From NCBI RefSeq assembly GCF_035506375.1, contig NZ_DATJPM010000029.1, forward strand, positions 6,902 through 30,901: 24,000 bases of DNA, written 5' to 3'. The stretch's first letter is position 1. Each line of letters opens with the position of its first letter. The position numbers were made by a program, and so were the translations under genes. The notes below the pieces were generated by a model. It was not told the DNA's origin, made no database searches, and worked only from the letters and a program-made list of their open reading frames with translations. This document shows positions 12,953 to 19,698 of the stretch, piece after piece. This DNA comes from Methanocella sp. (GTDB lineage: Archaea; Halobacteriota; Methanocellia; Methanocellales; Methanocellaceae).

Positions 12953-13723
12953 ATGGAAGAATGGCTTTTGTGGGCGGGCGCGGCGGCGTTCTGTGTCTTT
13001 GCCCTATCGACGCTCCTGCTGAAAAAGGGTAAGATACCATCGTATATTTCCTTCGCCGGCTGCCTGCTCGTCATCGGCGCGCTTTTATTGCGCTGGTATA
13101 CGCTGGGCCGGCCCCCGTGGGCGACTCTCTACGAGACGGCCGCGTTGCTGGCGCTGGCTACGGGCGTCGCTTCCGCTTACTGCTATCGCCTTAAGGAAAC
13201 GCCCGCGTTGTACCTTCCGCTGGCCGCCGTGGCCATCGTATTGCTGGTATTTTCAGCCATGTCCTGGGAAGCCAACCCGTCGCTCTCGCCGGCGCTTGAG
13301 AGCGGCTGGCTGCTCATCCACGTGCCCGTCGTCATCCTGGCGTACGCCGCCTTATCCGTAGCGTCCATCGCCTCCGGCGCCCTCATCGCGCTGAAAGCAC
13401 TGGGCAGGGGCGACGATAGAACAATAAAAAGGCTCGACTCGATCGCTTACAATCTAATTATCGCGGGGCTGGCATTGCTTGTACTGGGCATCGTCATGGG
13501 CGCAATGTGGGCGAAAGCGGCCTGGGGCGCCTACTGGTCATGGGACCCCAAGGAGACCTGGTCGCTCATCACGGCCTTAGTCTATGCGGCTTACCCTCTC
13601 GCCCGGCGGGCGGGCATGAAGCCCGAGGACTCGGCGTTCATCGCGCTACTGGGGCTCCTGGCGATACTTTTCACTTACCTGGGCGTATCCTACCTGATAC
13701 CGGGCCTGCACAGCTACGCTTAA
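12953..13723 (+). CDS. ccsA: CcsA/ResC/CcmC-family heme-handling (cytochrome c assembly) membrane protein with WWD domain
   Basis: - Start is moved to the ATG at 12953 (MEEWLLWAG). The track ORF begins at a non-ATG codon at 12899.
- It is a polytopic membrane protein.
- The motif WAKAAWGAYWSWDPKETWSLI (nt 13508-13555 for W...E) matches the W-rich WGxxWxWDPKE heme-binding WWD signature.
- Conserved His candidates are in LLIHVPV and in the C-terminal GLHSYA. Confidence 0.8.
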   Translation: MEEWLLWAGAAAFCVFALSTLLLKKGKIPSYISFAGCLLVIGALLLRWYTLGRPPWATLYETAALLALATGVASAYCYRLKETPALYLPLAAVAIVLLVFSAMSWEANPSLSPALESGWLLIHVPVVILAYAALSVASIASGALIALKALGRGDDRTIKRLDSIAYNLIIAGLALLVLGIVMGAMWAKAAWGAYWSWDPKETWSLITALVYAAYPLARRAGMKPEDSAFIALLGLLAILFTYLGVSYLIPGLHSYA

Positions 13724-13809
13724 AAAAGTTTGCCTCCTGCGCGTTTATGGGTTGAAAATTTTCATCTCCTACCGATATGCCTTCCTGGAGTGTCCATAAC
13801 CACAGAGGC

Positions 13810-14252
13810 CAGTAGTTCCGTGTTTGTTTAGCGGTCCTTTCATATTTTCCACTTTCGTACAGCCCCTCGGTTTTTCAACACGAAAACACGAATTATTTTT
13901 TTATCCCACGTAAGTCTCGATAATCACTAAGTTCCATGCCTGGCGCTTAAAACACGAAACAACCTCCCGAATGAGCACCAAATTCACCAAAGGATTGAAC
14001 CACGAGAACGGCATGATCCTTCCTTATACTTTATTTTATATGCTTTTTCTAGTGTTTCAAGTTAATTTAGTGAAGTTCGTGCCTTTGGGAGGTTGTTTAG
14101 TGTTTTGACGTGAAAGCATCCATCTTAGTGTGGTTCGTGCCCCTTACGTGGGACTAAAAAATAATTCGTGTTTTCGTGTTGAAAAACCGGACAAATCAGC
14201 GAACCACACAAAACAAAGGGCAAACGATCGCATAACAAACGCGGAACCACTG
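13810..14252. repeat. Large imperfect palindrome (about 443 bp, centre near 14030) in a convergent intergenic region
   Basis: Arm blocks, comparing each left block's reverse complement with the right block:
- 13868-13914 vs 14143-14189: 45/47 identical.
- 13949-13968 vs 14087-14106: 19/20 identical.
- 13810-13833 vs 14229-14252: 20/24 identical.
- Intervening segments are roughly 50-80 percent matched.
- The centre is AT-rich (TTATACTTTATTTTATATGC).
- The region has no ORF of 60 aa or more. Confidence 0.85.
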
Positions 14253-14297
14253 ACGGAGAAAAGCGAGAGCACTTAACAGATAAAAACTAATAATACT

Positions 14298-14318
14298 AAA
14301 AACGCGCAAAAAACAAAA
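14298..14318 (-). terminator. Oligo-T tracts (minus strand) just downstream of the TPR gene
   Basis: The minus strand reads CTTTTGTTTTTTGCGCGTTTTT starting 3 nt after the stop at 14322-14324. Confidence 0.4.
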
Positions 14319-14321
14319 GTT

Positions 14322-14894
14322 TTATCCTATCAGGGTCTCGAACGCCTTCGCCTTGCGCATGGCCCTGTCGGCTTCTTCCATGCGGCCGAGGCCGCAGAGT
14401 ATGACCGCCTTGTTCATGTAGGCGTCGGCATAGCGCTTATCGATGGCGATGGCCGCCTCGACGCACTTTAGCGCCTCCTCGTCCCGGCCCAGGCCGTAGA
14501 GGCAGATCCCCTTATTATTCAGCGCTTCCTTATCCGCGGGATTGTTCTTGATGATGAGCTCGAAACATTCGATGGCCTCCGAGATCCGGCCACAGCCGTA
14601 AAGCATCATGCCCTTGTAATTCACGGCATCCCGGTAGTTCGAGTCGACGGCGATGATCGTGTCCAGCATCTTGATGACCCCGTTAAAGTGCTCGATGGCC
14701 CGGTCATAATCGTCGTCCGTGGCCTTGAACGACTCGTTACTGGCGACGGCCGCCCTGAACATCTCGTCCAGGCTCGCCTTATTGAGCTTCGTTCCCGCGG
14801 CCCGGGGCGCCTTCGCCGGCTTCGCCGGCGCCCTGACTGACCTGGCCGCCCTGGCCGACTTTCCGGATTTCGTGACCTTCGTCGCCTTAACCAT
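14322..14894 (-). CDS. TPR-repeat protein with a lysine/alanine/proline-rich basic N-terminal tail
   Basis: The N-terminus is MVKATKVTKSGKSARAARSVRAPAKPAKAPRAAGTKLNK. About 3-4 TPR units follow (NYKGMMLYGCGRISEAIECFELIIKNNP, ALNNKGICLYGLGRDEEALKCVEAAIAID, AYMNKAVILCGLGRMEEADRAMRKA). Confidence 0.75.
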   Translation of the reverse strand: MVKATKVTKSGKSARAARSVRAPAKPAKAPRAAGTKLNKASLDEMFRAAVASNESFKATDDDYDRAIEHFNGVIKMLDTIIAVDSNYRDAVNYKGMMLYGCGRISEAIECFELIIKNNPADKEALNNKGICLYGLGRDEEALKCVEAAIAIDKRYADAYMNKAVILCGLGRMEEADRAMRKAKAFETLIG

Positions 14895-15036
14895 CTTTCC
14901 GCCTCGAATTCGCTCGTATATTACGGGCCATAGGGCATAAACCTTCTCAATTAATATTTTCAGATAAAATCCTCATAAAGCCCGTAAGAGTTTAAAAAGC
15001 AATTAATAAACCGAAAAAACCCTCGATTTACCATAA

Positions 15037-15046
15037 CTTATATATA
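15037..15046 (+). promoter_or_regulatory. TATA box candidate for the histone gene
   Basis: CTTATATATA lies about 65 nt upstream of the ATG at 15108. A strong SD, GGAGGTGG (15096-15103), sits between them. Confidence 0.4.
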
Positions 15047-15107
15047 GAACGGTTTTTAACTAATATATAATCAAATAATCCCCTATTTTCGAGATAGGAG
15101 GTGGAAT

Positions 15108-15320
15108 ATGATGAAAGAACTTCCCGTAGCTTCAGTTGACAGGATAATAAGGAATGCGGGCGCTGACAGGGTCAGCGAGGACGCAAAGGAGGCGCTGGCA
15201 TCGATATTAGAGGACTATGGCATGAAAGTTTCCGTAGAAGCTATCAAGCTATGTAAGCATGCCGGCCGTAAGACTGTCAAGGAAGAGGACATAAAGCTGG
15301 CCTCGCAAAGGCTGATCTAA
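15108..15320 (+). CDS. Archaeal histone (HMf/histone-fold family)
   Basis: The 70-aa sequence is MMKELPVASVDRIIRNAGADRVSEDAKEALASILEDYGMKVSVEAIKLCKHAGRKTVKEEDIKLA. It has the canonical archaeal histone pattern (LP.A.V.RI.K.AGA.RVS.DA...L...LE......A...A.HAGRKTVK..DI.LA). Confidence 0.9.
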   Translation: MMKELPVASVDRIIRNAGADRVSEDAKEALASILEDYGMKVSVEAIKLCKHAGRKTVKEEDIKLASQRLI

Positions 15321-15336
15321 AGGATTTTACGGGGTT

Positions 15337-16239
15337 CTATCTGCCCCGTACCTTGTTTTTGTATTCGATCCCCCTTATCAGTGCCGTTATCGCATCGTTG
15401 TACGGCGTGGGCACGCCCGTTTTACGCCCCAGCTCACACACCCTGCCATTCAGCGCATCGATCTCCGTACGCCTGCCCCGCGAAACGTCCTGGAGCATCG
15501 AAGAGCGGTTACCTGAAGTATCCCTTATCACTTTGAAGGTGTTCTCCAGCGGGTCGACGCCCGTCTTTATGCCCAAAGCGCTCGAGACCGAGGCGGCCTC
15601 GCTTACGATGCCGGCGACCAGCGCCTTGAGCTCCGGCACTTCGAGGAGCATGCCGTTGTTCATGGCAGTAATGGCCGTTAAGGGGTTGATGGCGATGTTG
15701 GCGTACAGCTTTTCCCACTGCGCCGCCCGGATGTCGTCCGCCACCCTCGCCCTCAGGCCGGCCTTTTCCAGCAGGTCCCGGACCATCCCGAGCCTGCCGC
15801 GGACTTCAGACTCCACCGATCCCAGGACGGTCTCCGTATAGCCCGCCAGCCTCACCCGGCCTGGCTCTAAGAACGTCACGCCGCTGTATGAAACGCCGGC
15901 GGCCACGTGGCCTTTCCCCAGGATCGAGGTGGCCGTCTCGTCCGGCCCCAGGCCATTGTGGATGACGACGACGATCGTCCCGGGCTTTGGGCATATGCCT
16001 TTTACGGCCTCCGCGACGTCATACGCTTTTACCGTGACGAAGATGACGTCAGAAGCCGGAGTTGCGGTGGCGATCGATGGCATGGCGGTAATTTCCCTGG
16101 CGCCAGTAACCCGGATACCATCCTTCAGGATATCAGCGTCCTTCTCCCGGCAGACGAGGGTTACGTCATGCCCCGACGAGGAGAGCATCGCGCTATAAAA
16201 AGTGCCCAGCGCTCCGGCTCCGATGACCGAGATCTTCAT
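15337..16239 (-). CDS. panE: 2-dehydropantoate 2-reductase (ketopantoate reductase)
   Basis: - The N-terminal Rossmann motif is MKISVIGAGALG.
- The motifs HNGLG, QWEKLYANIAINPLTAI and SSMLQDVSRGRRTEIDALNG are typical of PanE/ApbA. Confidence 0.8.
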   Translation of the reverse strand: MKISVIGAGALGTFYSAMLSSSGHDVTLVCREKDADILKDGIRVTGAREITAMPSIATATPASDVIFVTVKAYDVAEAVKGICPKPGTIVVVIHNGLGPDETATSILGKGHVAAGVSYSGVTFLEPGRVRLAGYTETVLGSVESEVRGRLGMVRDLLEKAGLRARVADDIRAAQWEKLYANIAINPLTAITAMNNGMLLEVPELKALVAGIVSEAASVSSALGIKTGVDPLENTFKVIRDTSGNRSSMLQDVSRGRRTEIDALNGRVCELGRKTGVPTPYNDAITALIRGIEYKNKVRGR

Positions 16240-16263
16240 GATTAAAATAATGGCGGCGGCGTA

Positions 16264-17532
16264 TTAAGGGTTTACGACCGGTGCCGAGCCTTCGAGAAGC
16301 TTCCCCAGACGTTTCAGCACGCTCTCCCGGGCCTCGACGTTCGCCTTTATCGTGTTCCCGTCGTACTCCACGTGGTGTACGATGGCCTCGTCGTGGAGCC
16401 TGGAAAGCATGGACAAGCCCTCCTCGGTGCGGGGCAGCGTGACCTCGGTGGAGGCCCACTTCGGCAGGTACTTCCCGATCTTTCGCTTCAGCTCGTCCAG
16501 CCCCTCTCCAGTCCTCGCCGATATGACGACGGGGTTAGGGGCAAGGTGCACGATGGCTTGCTTTCGCACTTCCAGCTCTTCCTGCGTAATAAGATCGCTC
16601 TTATTTAAGGCCGTGATGACCGGCACCGGGCCGATCTCGTCCCACATGGTATCGTGGCAGGTGACAAGCTTGTCCACGATGGCCTCCGGAGGTTCGCTCA
16701 CGTCGACGACGAGGATGATGACGTCGGCCAGGTAGATCTCCTCGAGCGTAGAGCGGAACGCCTCGACCATGAAGTGCGGCAGGTACTTGATGAAGCCGAC
16801 CGTGTCAGTCAGAAGCGCCTTGCGCTGCCCGATCTGGAGCGACCGGGTCGTGGGAACGAGCGTGGTGAAAAGCTGGTCCTTCGCGACGACTGACTCGCCT
16901 ACCAGGGCGTTCATGAGAGTGCTCTTGCCGGCATTCGTATAGCCGGCCAGCGCCACCAGGTCGAAGCCCTTTTCCTTCCTCTGCTTCCGCGTCTCGTGCT
17001 GGCGTTTTCGGATGATGTCCAGCTCGGCCTGTATTTTTGCGATCCGGCCCGTGATCTCGCTCTCGTAGACGTCGGCCTGATACCGGCCGAGGCCCTTGAA
17101 GCCTGGCTGTTCGCCCCTCCTGGCCAGCGTGACCTTCATGCGGGCCTTGGGCCGCTCATAGATGAGCGATGCCAGCTCGACCTGAAGCTTTGCCTCCTTT
17201 GTCCGGGCCCGGCTGGCGAATATCTCGAGAATGAGATTGAAACGGTCGATGACCTCGAGCTTGCAGAGCTTCGATAAATTGTAGATCTGGACGGCGCTGA
17301 GCTTTTCGTCGAAGACCACCTTTTCAGGCTTCAGCTCTGCGACAAGTTCCGCTATCTCTTCCGCCTTGCCCTTTCCGACGGCGAACGCCTTATCCGGGGT
17401 ACGTACCTGTGTCACTTCGCCGAGCACTTCATAGCCTGCGGAGTGCGCCAGCTCTTCCAGCTCTTCCAGGCTACCATCCGTGCCGGGCTGTATCCGCTTT
17501 ACTAGTAGAACGCCTTTTTCGTCGCTATTCAT
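16264..17532 (-). CDS. hflX: GTPase HflX
   Basis: - It has the HflX N-terminal domain.
- G1 is GYTNAGKSTL, G3 is DTVGF and G4 is NKSD.
- The ATG overlaps the stop of the upstream ORF by 8 nt (17525-17532). Confidence 0.85.
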   Translation of the reverse strand: MNSDEKGVLLVKRIQPGTDGSLEELEELAHSAGYEVLGEVTQVRTPDKAFAVGKGKAEEIAELVAELKPEKVVFDEKLSAVQIYNLSKLCKLEVIDRFNLILEIFASRARTKEAKLQVELASLIYERPKARMKVTLARRGEQPGFKGLGRYQADVYESEITGRIAKIQAELDIIRKRQHETRKQRKEKGFDLVALAGYTNAGKSTLMNALVGESVVAKDQLFTTLVPTTRSLQIGQRKALLTDTVGFIKYLPHFMVEAFRSTLEEIYLADVIILVVDVSEPPEAIVDKLVTCHDTMWDEIGPVPVITALNKSDLITQEELEVRKQAIVHLAPNPVVISARTGEGLDELKRKIGKYLPKWASTEVTLPRTEEGLSMLSRLHDEAIVHHVEYDGNTIKANVEARESVLKRLGKLLEGSAPVVNP

Positions 17533-17893
17533 GGAGCATCCTGTGGACGGCCAGCGAAACGTGGTGCGCCACCTCTATGGCCTTTCTTTCGCCCACGCTT
17601 TCCGCGTATTTGAACTTTCTCCCCAGGATGGCCTCCACCCGCCACTCCGGGTAATTATAGAACTCGCCGGGCTCCGTAATGATTGTGCCCCGGAACCGTG
17701 TGCATGCCTTTTTTATCAGGTCGACAATGGTATCCATGGATACGTCGTCCGCTTTTTCCTGGCAGATCCGCATGTCCTCGATCTTATCGACGTCGAACGG
17801 CGACAGGACGGCCGAGACGGCGACACAGACAAGATGGTAGCGCCCGTCCGCCATCCTGTGCCTGCCCGAAATGTCGACCACGACCACCTTCAA
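17525..17893 (-). CDS. Conserved-looking hypothetical protein (122 aa), possibly the archaeal DUF2209-like family
   Basis: It lies 10 nt downstream of thiI and overlaps hflX, so it is very likely translated. The N-terminus MKVVVVDISGRH...DGRYHLVCVAV looks like the first beta-hairpin of RNase H-like/RuvC-like folds. The family name is a recollection, not verified. Confidence 0.6.
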   Translation of the reverse strand: MKVVVVDISGRHRMADGRYHLVCVAVSAVLSPFDVDKIEDMRICQEKADDVSMDTIVDLIKKACTRFRGTIITEPGEFYNYPEWRVEAILGRKFKYAESVGERKAIEVAHHVSLAVHRMLHE

Positions 17894-17903
17894 CCCGGCA
17901 CCC

Positions 17904-19082
17904 CTACAGTTTCGTCACTATCGCCCCGGAGAGCTCCTTTTCCGCCAGCGCCCTGATGTCGAACTCGGCCTCGATCCTAGCGATCTCCTCGAGCCGCCCA
18001 TGGATGGAGGGGTGTTTCGGCACGGCCTTACAGCAGGTCGCCGGGCGCACGGAAATATCGTAGGTGCCGATCTTCCGGGCGATCTCGACGATCTCATTCT
18101 TGTCCAGCCCTATCAAAGGATGATAGACGGGAAAGTCGATCAAATAATGCTCGATCATGAGGTTATCGGACGTCTGCGAGGCTACCTGGCCCAGAGACGA
18201 GCCGGTGATGAGGCCGTGGGCGCTCTCGCGCCTGGCGATCTCGACGGCCGTCTTATACATCATGTGCTTGCAGAAGACGCACGTATACTTGATGTTGCCT
18301 TTCTCGATGAACTCCCGGAGCGAGTCGCCGTGGGGCACCTCGTAGACCTTGAAAGAGTGGCCCGGCGCCCAGGCCTTTAGTTTTTTTATCGTGTCCATGG
18401 CCCGCTCGGTGTAATCCTTATCCGAGAACATGCCGTTGTTGAAGAAGGCCGGTATGAGGTCGCAGCCCCGTCGCATCATGAGCCACGCAGCCACGGGCGA
18501 ATCGATGCCGCCTGAGACGAGGGCGATCATCTTTCCCTGGGAGCCCAGCGGCATGCCGCCCACGCCCTTGATGACCTTTGAAAAGACATATGACTGGCTT
18601 TCCCTCATCTCCACGAATATCTCATGGTCCGGATCCGAGAGGTCAACTCGGGGGTTACGCTCCCGGACGGCCTCGAAGACCGCGTCCCCGCACATGCGCC
18701 CGATCTCCTGCGACGTATAGGGCTGCTCCCCGGTCCTGCGGGCCCGGATTGCGAACGAGCTGTTAGCCCCGATGGTCTCCCGGCCCAGGGCGGCCGCCGT
18801 CTCCCGGACCTCCTTTATATCGGTGCCCGTTACAGCCACGGGGCTCACGGAGACGACGCCAAATACCCTGGCTATGGCATCCGGAGCTCTCGGGTCCGCA
18901 CTGTTGACGAATATCCTGCCCCGCTCACGGACGATATCGTCGAACGGAATGTCATTCTCGCGGAGCATCGCCTCGATGTTCCCGATGAGCAGGCGCTCAT
19001 ATTTGGCGCGGATCTGCTCGCTCTTGATGCCGATCTCGCCATAGCGGACCATGACGCAGTGAAAATCCATATATGTGAACAT
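17904..19082 (-). CDS. thiI: tRNA 4-thiouridine/thiamine sulfurtransferase ThiI (archaeal type, no rhodanese domain)
   Basis: - The N-terminal half is THUMP-like (VRYGEIGIKS).
- The PP-loop is LVSGGIDSPVA.
- The CxxC motif is YTCVFCKH, with further Cys in PATCCK. This is the Cys pattern reported for methanogen ThiI that binds an Fe-S cluster instead of using a rhodanese domain. Confidence 0.85.
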   Translation of the reverse strand: MFTYMDFHCVMVRYGEIGIKSEQIRAKYERLLIGNIEAMLRENDIPFDDIVRERGRIFVNSADPRAPDAIARVFGVVSVSPVAVTGTDIKEVRETAAALGRETIGANSSFAIRARRTGEQPYTSQEIGRMCGDAVFEAVRERNPRVDLSDPDHEIFVEMRESQSYVFSKVIKGVGGMPLGSQGKMIALVSGGIDSPVAAWLMMRRGCDLIPAFFNNGMFSDKDYTERAMDTIKKLKAWAPGHSFKVYEVPHGDSLREFIEKGNIKYTCVFCKHMMYKTAVEIARRESAHGLITGSSLGQVASQTSDNLMIEHYLIDFPVYHPLIGLDKNEIVEIARKIGTYDISVRPATCCKAVPKHPSIHGRLEEIARIEAEFDIRALAEKELSGAIVTKL

Positions 19083-19139
19083 TATGCGCGCTACACGTTA
19101 AAGCGTTATGGAATACAGCAAAATAAAAAAGACTTCAGT

Positions 19140-19340
19140 CTAAGCTTTTAACTTAGCGGCGGCGGTCATTTCGCTGGCACTATAGAGAAGCTGGTAGACC
19201 TGCCTGCAGGATTCGCTGCAGAAGCCTTCCTCTGAGTCGCCATGCTCTTCGCAATACTTGCGTTCGCACATTAAACAGCGCATTTCCATTCCCCGAAAAA
19301 GAAGGGCTTGCTCGTACTTAAGCCGTTTGCTCCTTGCCAA
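19140..19340 (-). CDS. Small Cys-rich protein with a TRASH/YacG-like zinc-ribbon motif (start uncertain)
   Basis: - The motif is CLMCERKYCEEHGDSEEGFCSESC, i.e. C-x2-C-x15-C-x3-C.
- It includes the FCSxxC hallmark of TRASH/FCS-type metal-binding domains.
- The track start at 19340 is TTG. The ATG at 19289 (MEMRCLMC) would give 49 aa. Confidence 0.4.
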   Translation of the reverse strand: MARSKRLKYEQALLFRGMEMRCLMCERKYCEEHGDSEEGFCSESCRQVYQLLYSASEMTAAAKLKA

Positions 19341-19670
19341 GGCCCTCTAAACATCATACGAATGCACGAAGACGGTTTCAGCCTCAAAGCTACTCTAAGC
19401 GGGCTCTAAGTTCTCTAAGACTTATTAAAAATAAGTTGGTGCCGCCTGGTGATTAAATAAAAATTCCGTGTGGCCTGGTGTAACCAAAGTGCCGCTTACT
19501 AGCACTTTTTTCAACCGCACAAAGTTTACACCAGGCGGCACCACGTTTACACCAGGCCGCACTAACGATTTCTAAATATTTATTAATGCCTTCGTGTAGC
19601 TTCATGCCCGCTTAGAGTAGCTTTGAGGCTGAAAAAGTCTTAGAGCATTCTTAATAGGCTTAGGGGGCTT
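19341..19670. repeat. Large imperfect palindrome (about 330 bp, centre near 19497) containing four copies of a 17-18 nt motif
   Basis: - A perfect 28-bp inverted repeat pairs 19376-19403 (TTTCAGCCTCAAAGCTACTCTAAGCGGG) with 19607-19634.
- Outer arms 19341-19375 and 19635-19669 match at about 24/35 positions.
- The motif GTG(C/T)(C/G)GCCTGGTG(TAAAC) is at 19439-19451 and 19468-19484 (forward).
- Its reverse complement is at 19524-19541 and 19545-19562.
- The central hairpin AAAGTGC (19486-19492) / GCACTTT (19502-19508) runs into six Ts. Confidence 0.85.
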
Positions 19671-19677
19671 AAGAGAA

Positions 19678-19697
19678 GGGGCAGGAAGCCCTGCCCT
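19678..19697 (-). terminator. GC-rich hairpin immediately downstream of the 19699..20310 gene
   Basis: A 7-bp stem GGGCAGG (19679-19685) / CCTGCCC (19690-19696) has a 4-nt loop. On the minus strand it starts 2 nt after the stop and is followed by CTTCTCTT. Confidence 0.4.
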
Positions 19698-19698
19698 G

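Noticed and set aside
13724-14321. The palindromic AT-rich spacers, here and at 19341-19698, considered as replication origins
   Set aside because: No cdc6/orc1 gene is adjacent, and I could not recognise ORB-type origin recognition boxes. The repeats are single long hairpins rather than dispersed ORB elements around a duplex-unwinding element.
15353-16735. Plus-strand ORFs 15353-15841, 15907-16245 and 16352-16735
   Set aside because: They are antisense to panE and hflX, both of which have clear family motifs.
17871-19151. Plus-strand ORFs 17871-18380 and 18624-19151
   Set aside because: They are antisense to thiI, which has PP-loop and THUMP signatures. Their composition is typical of shadow frames.
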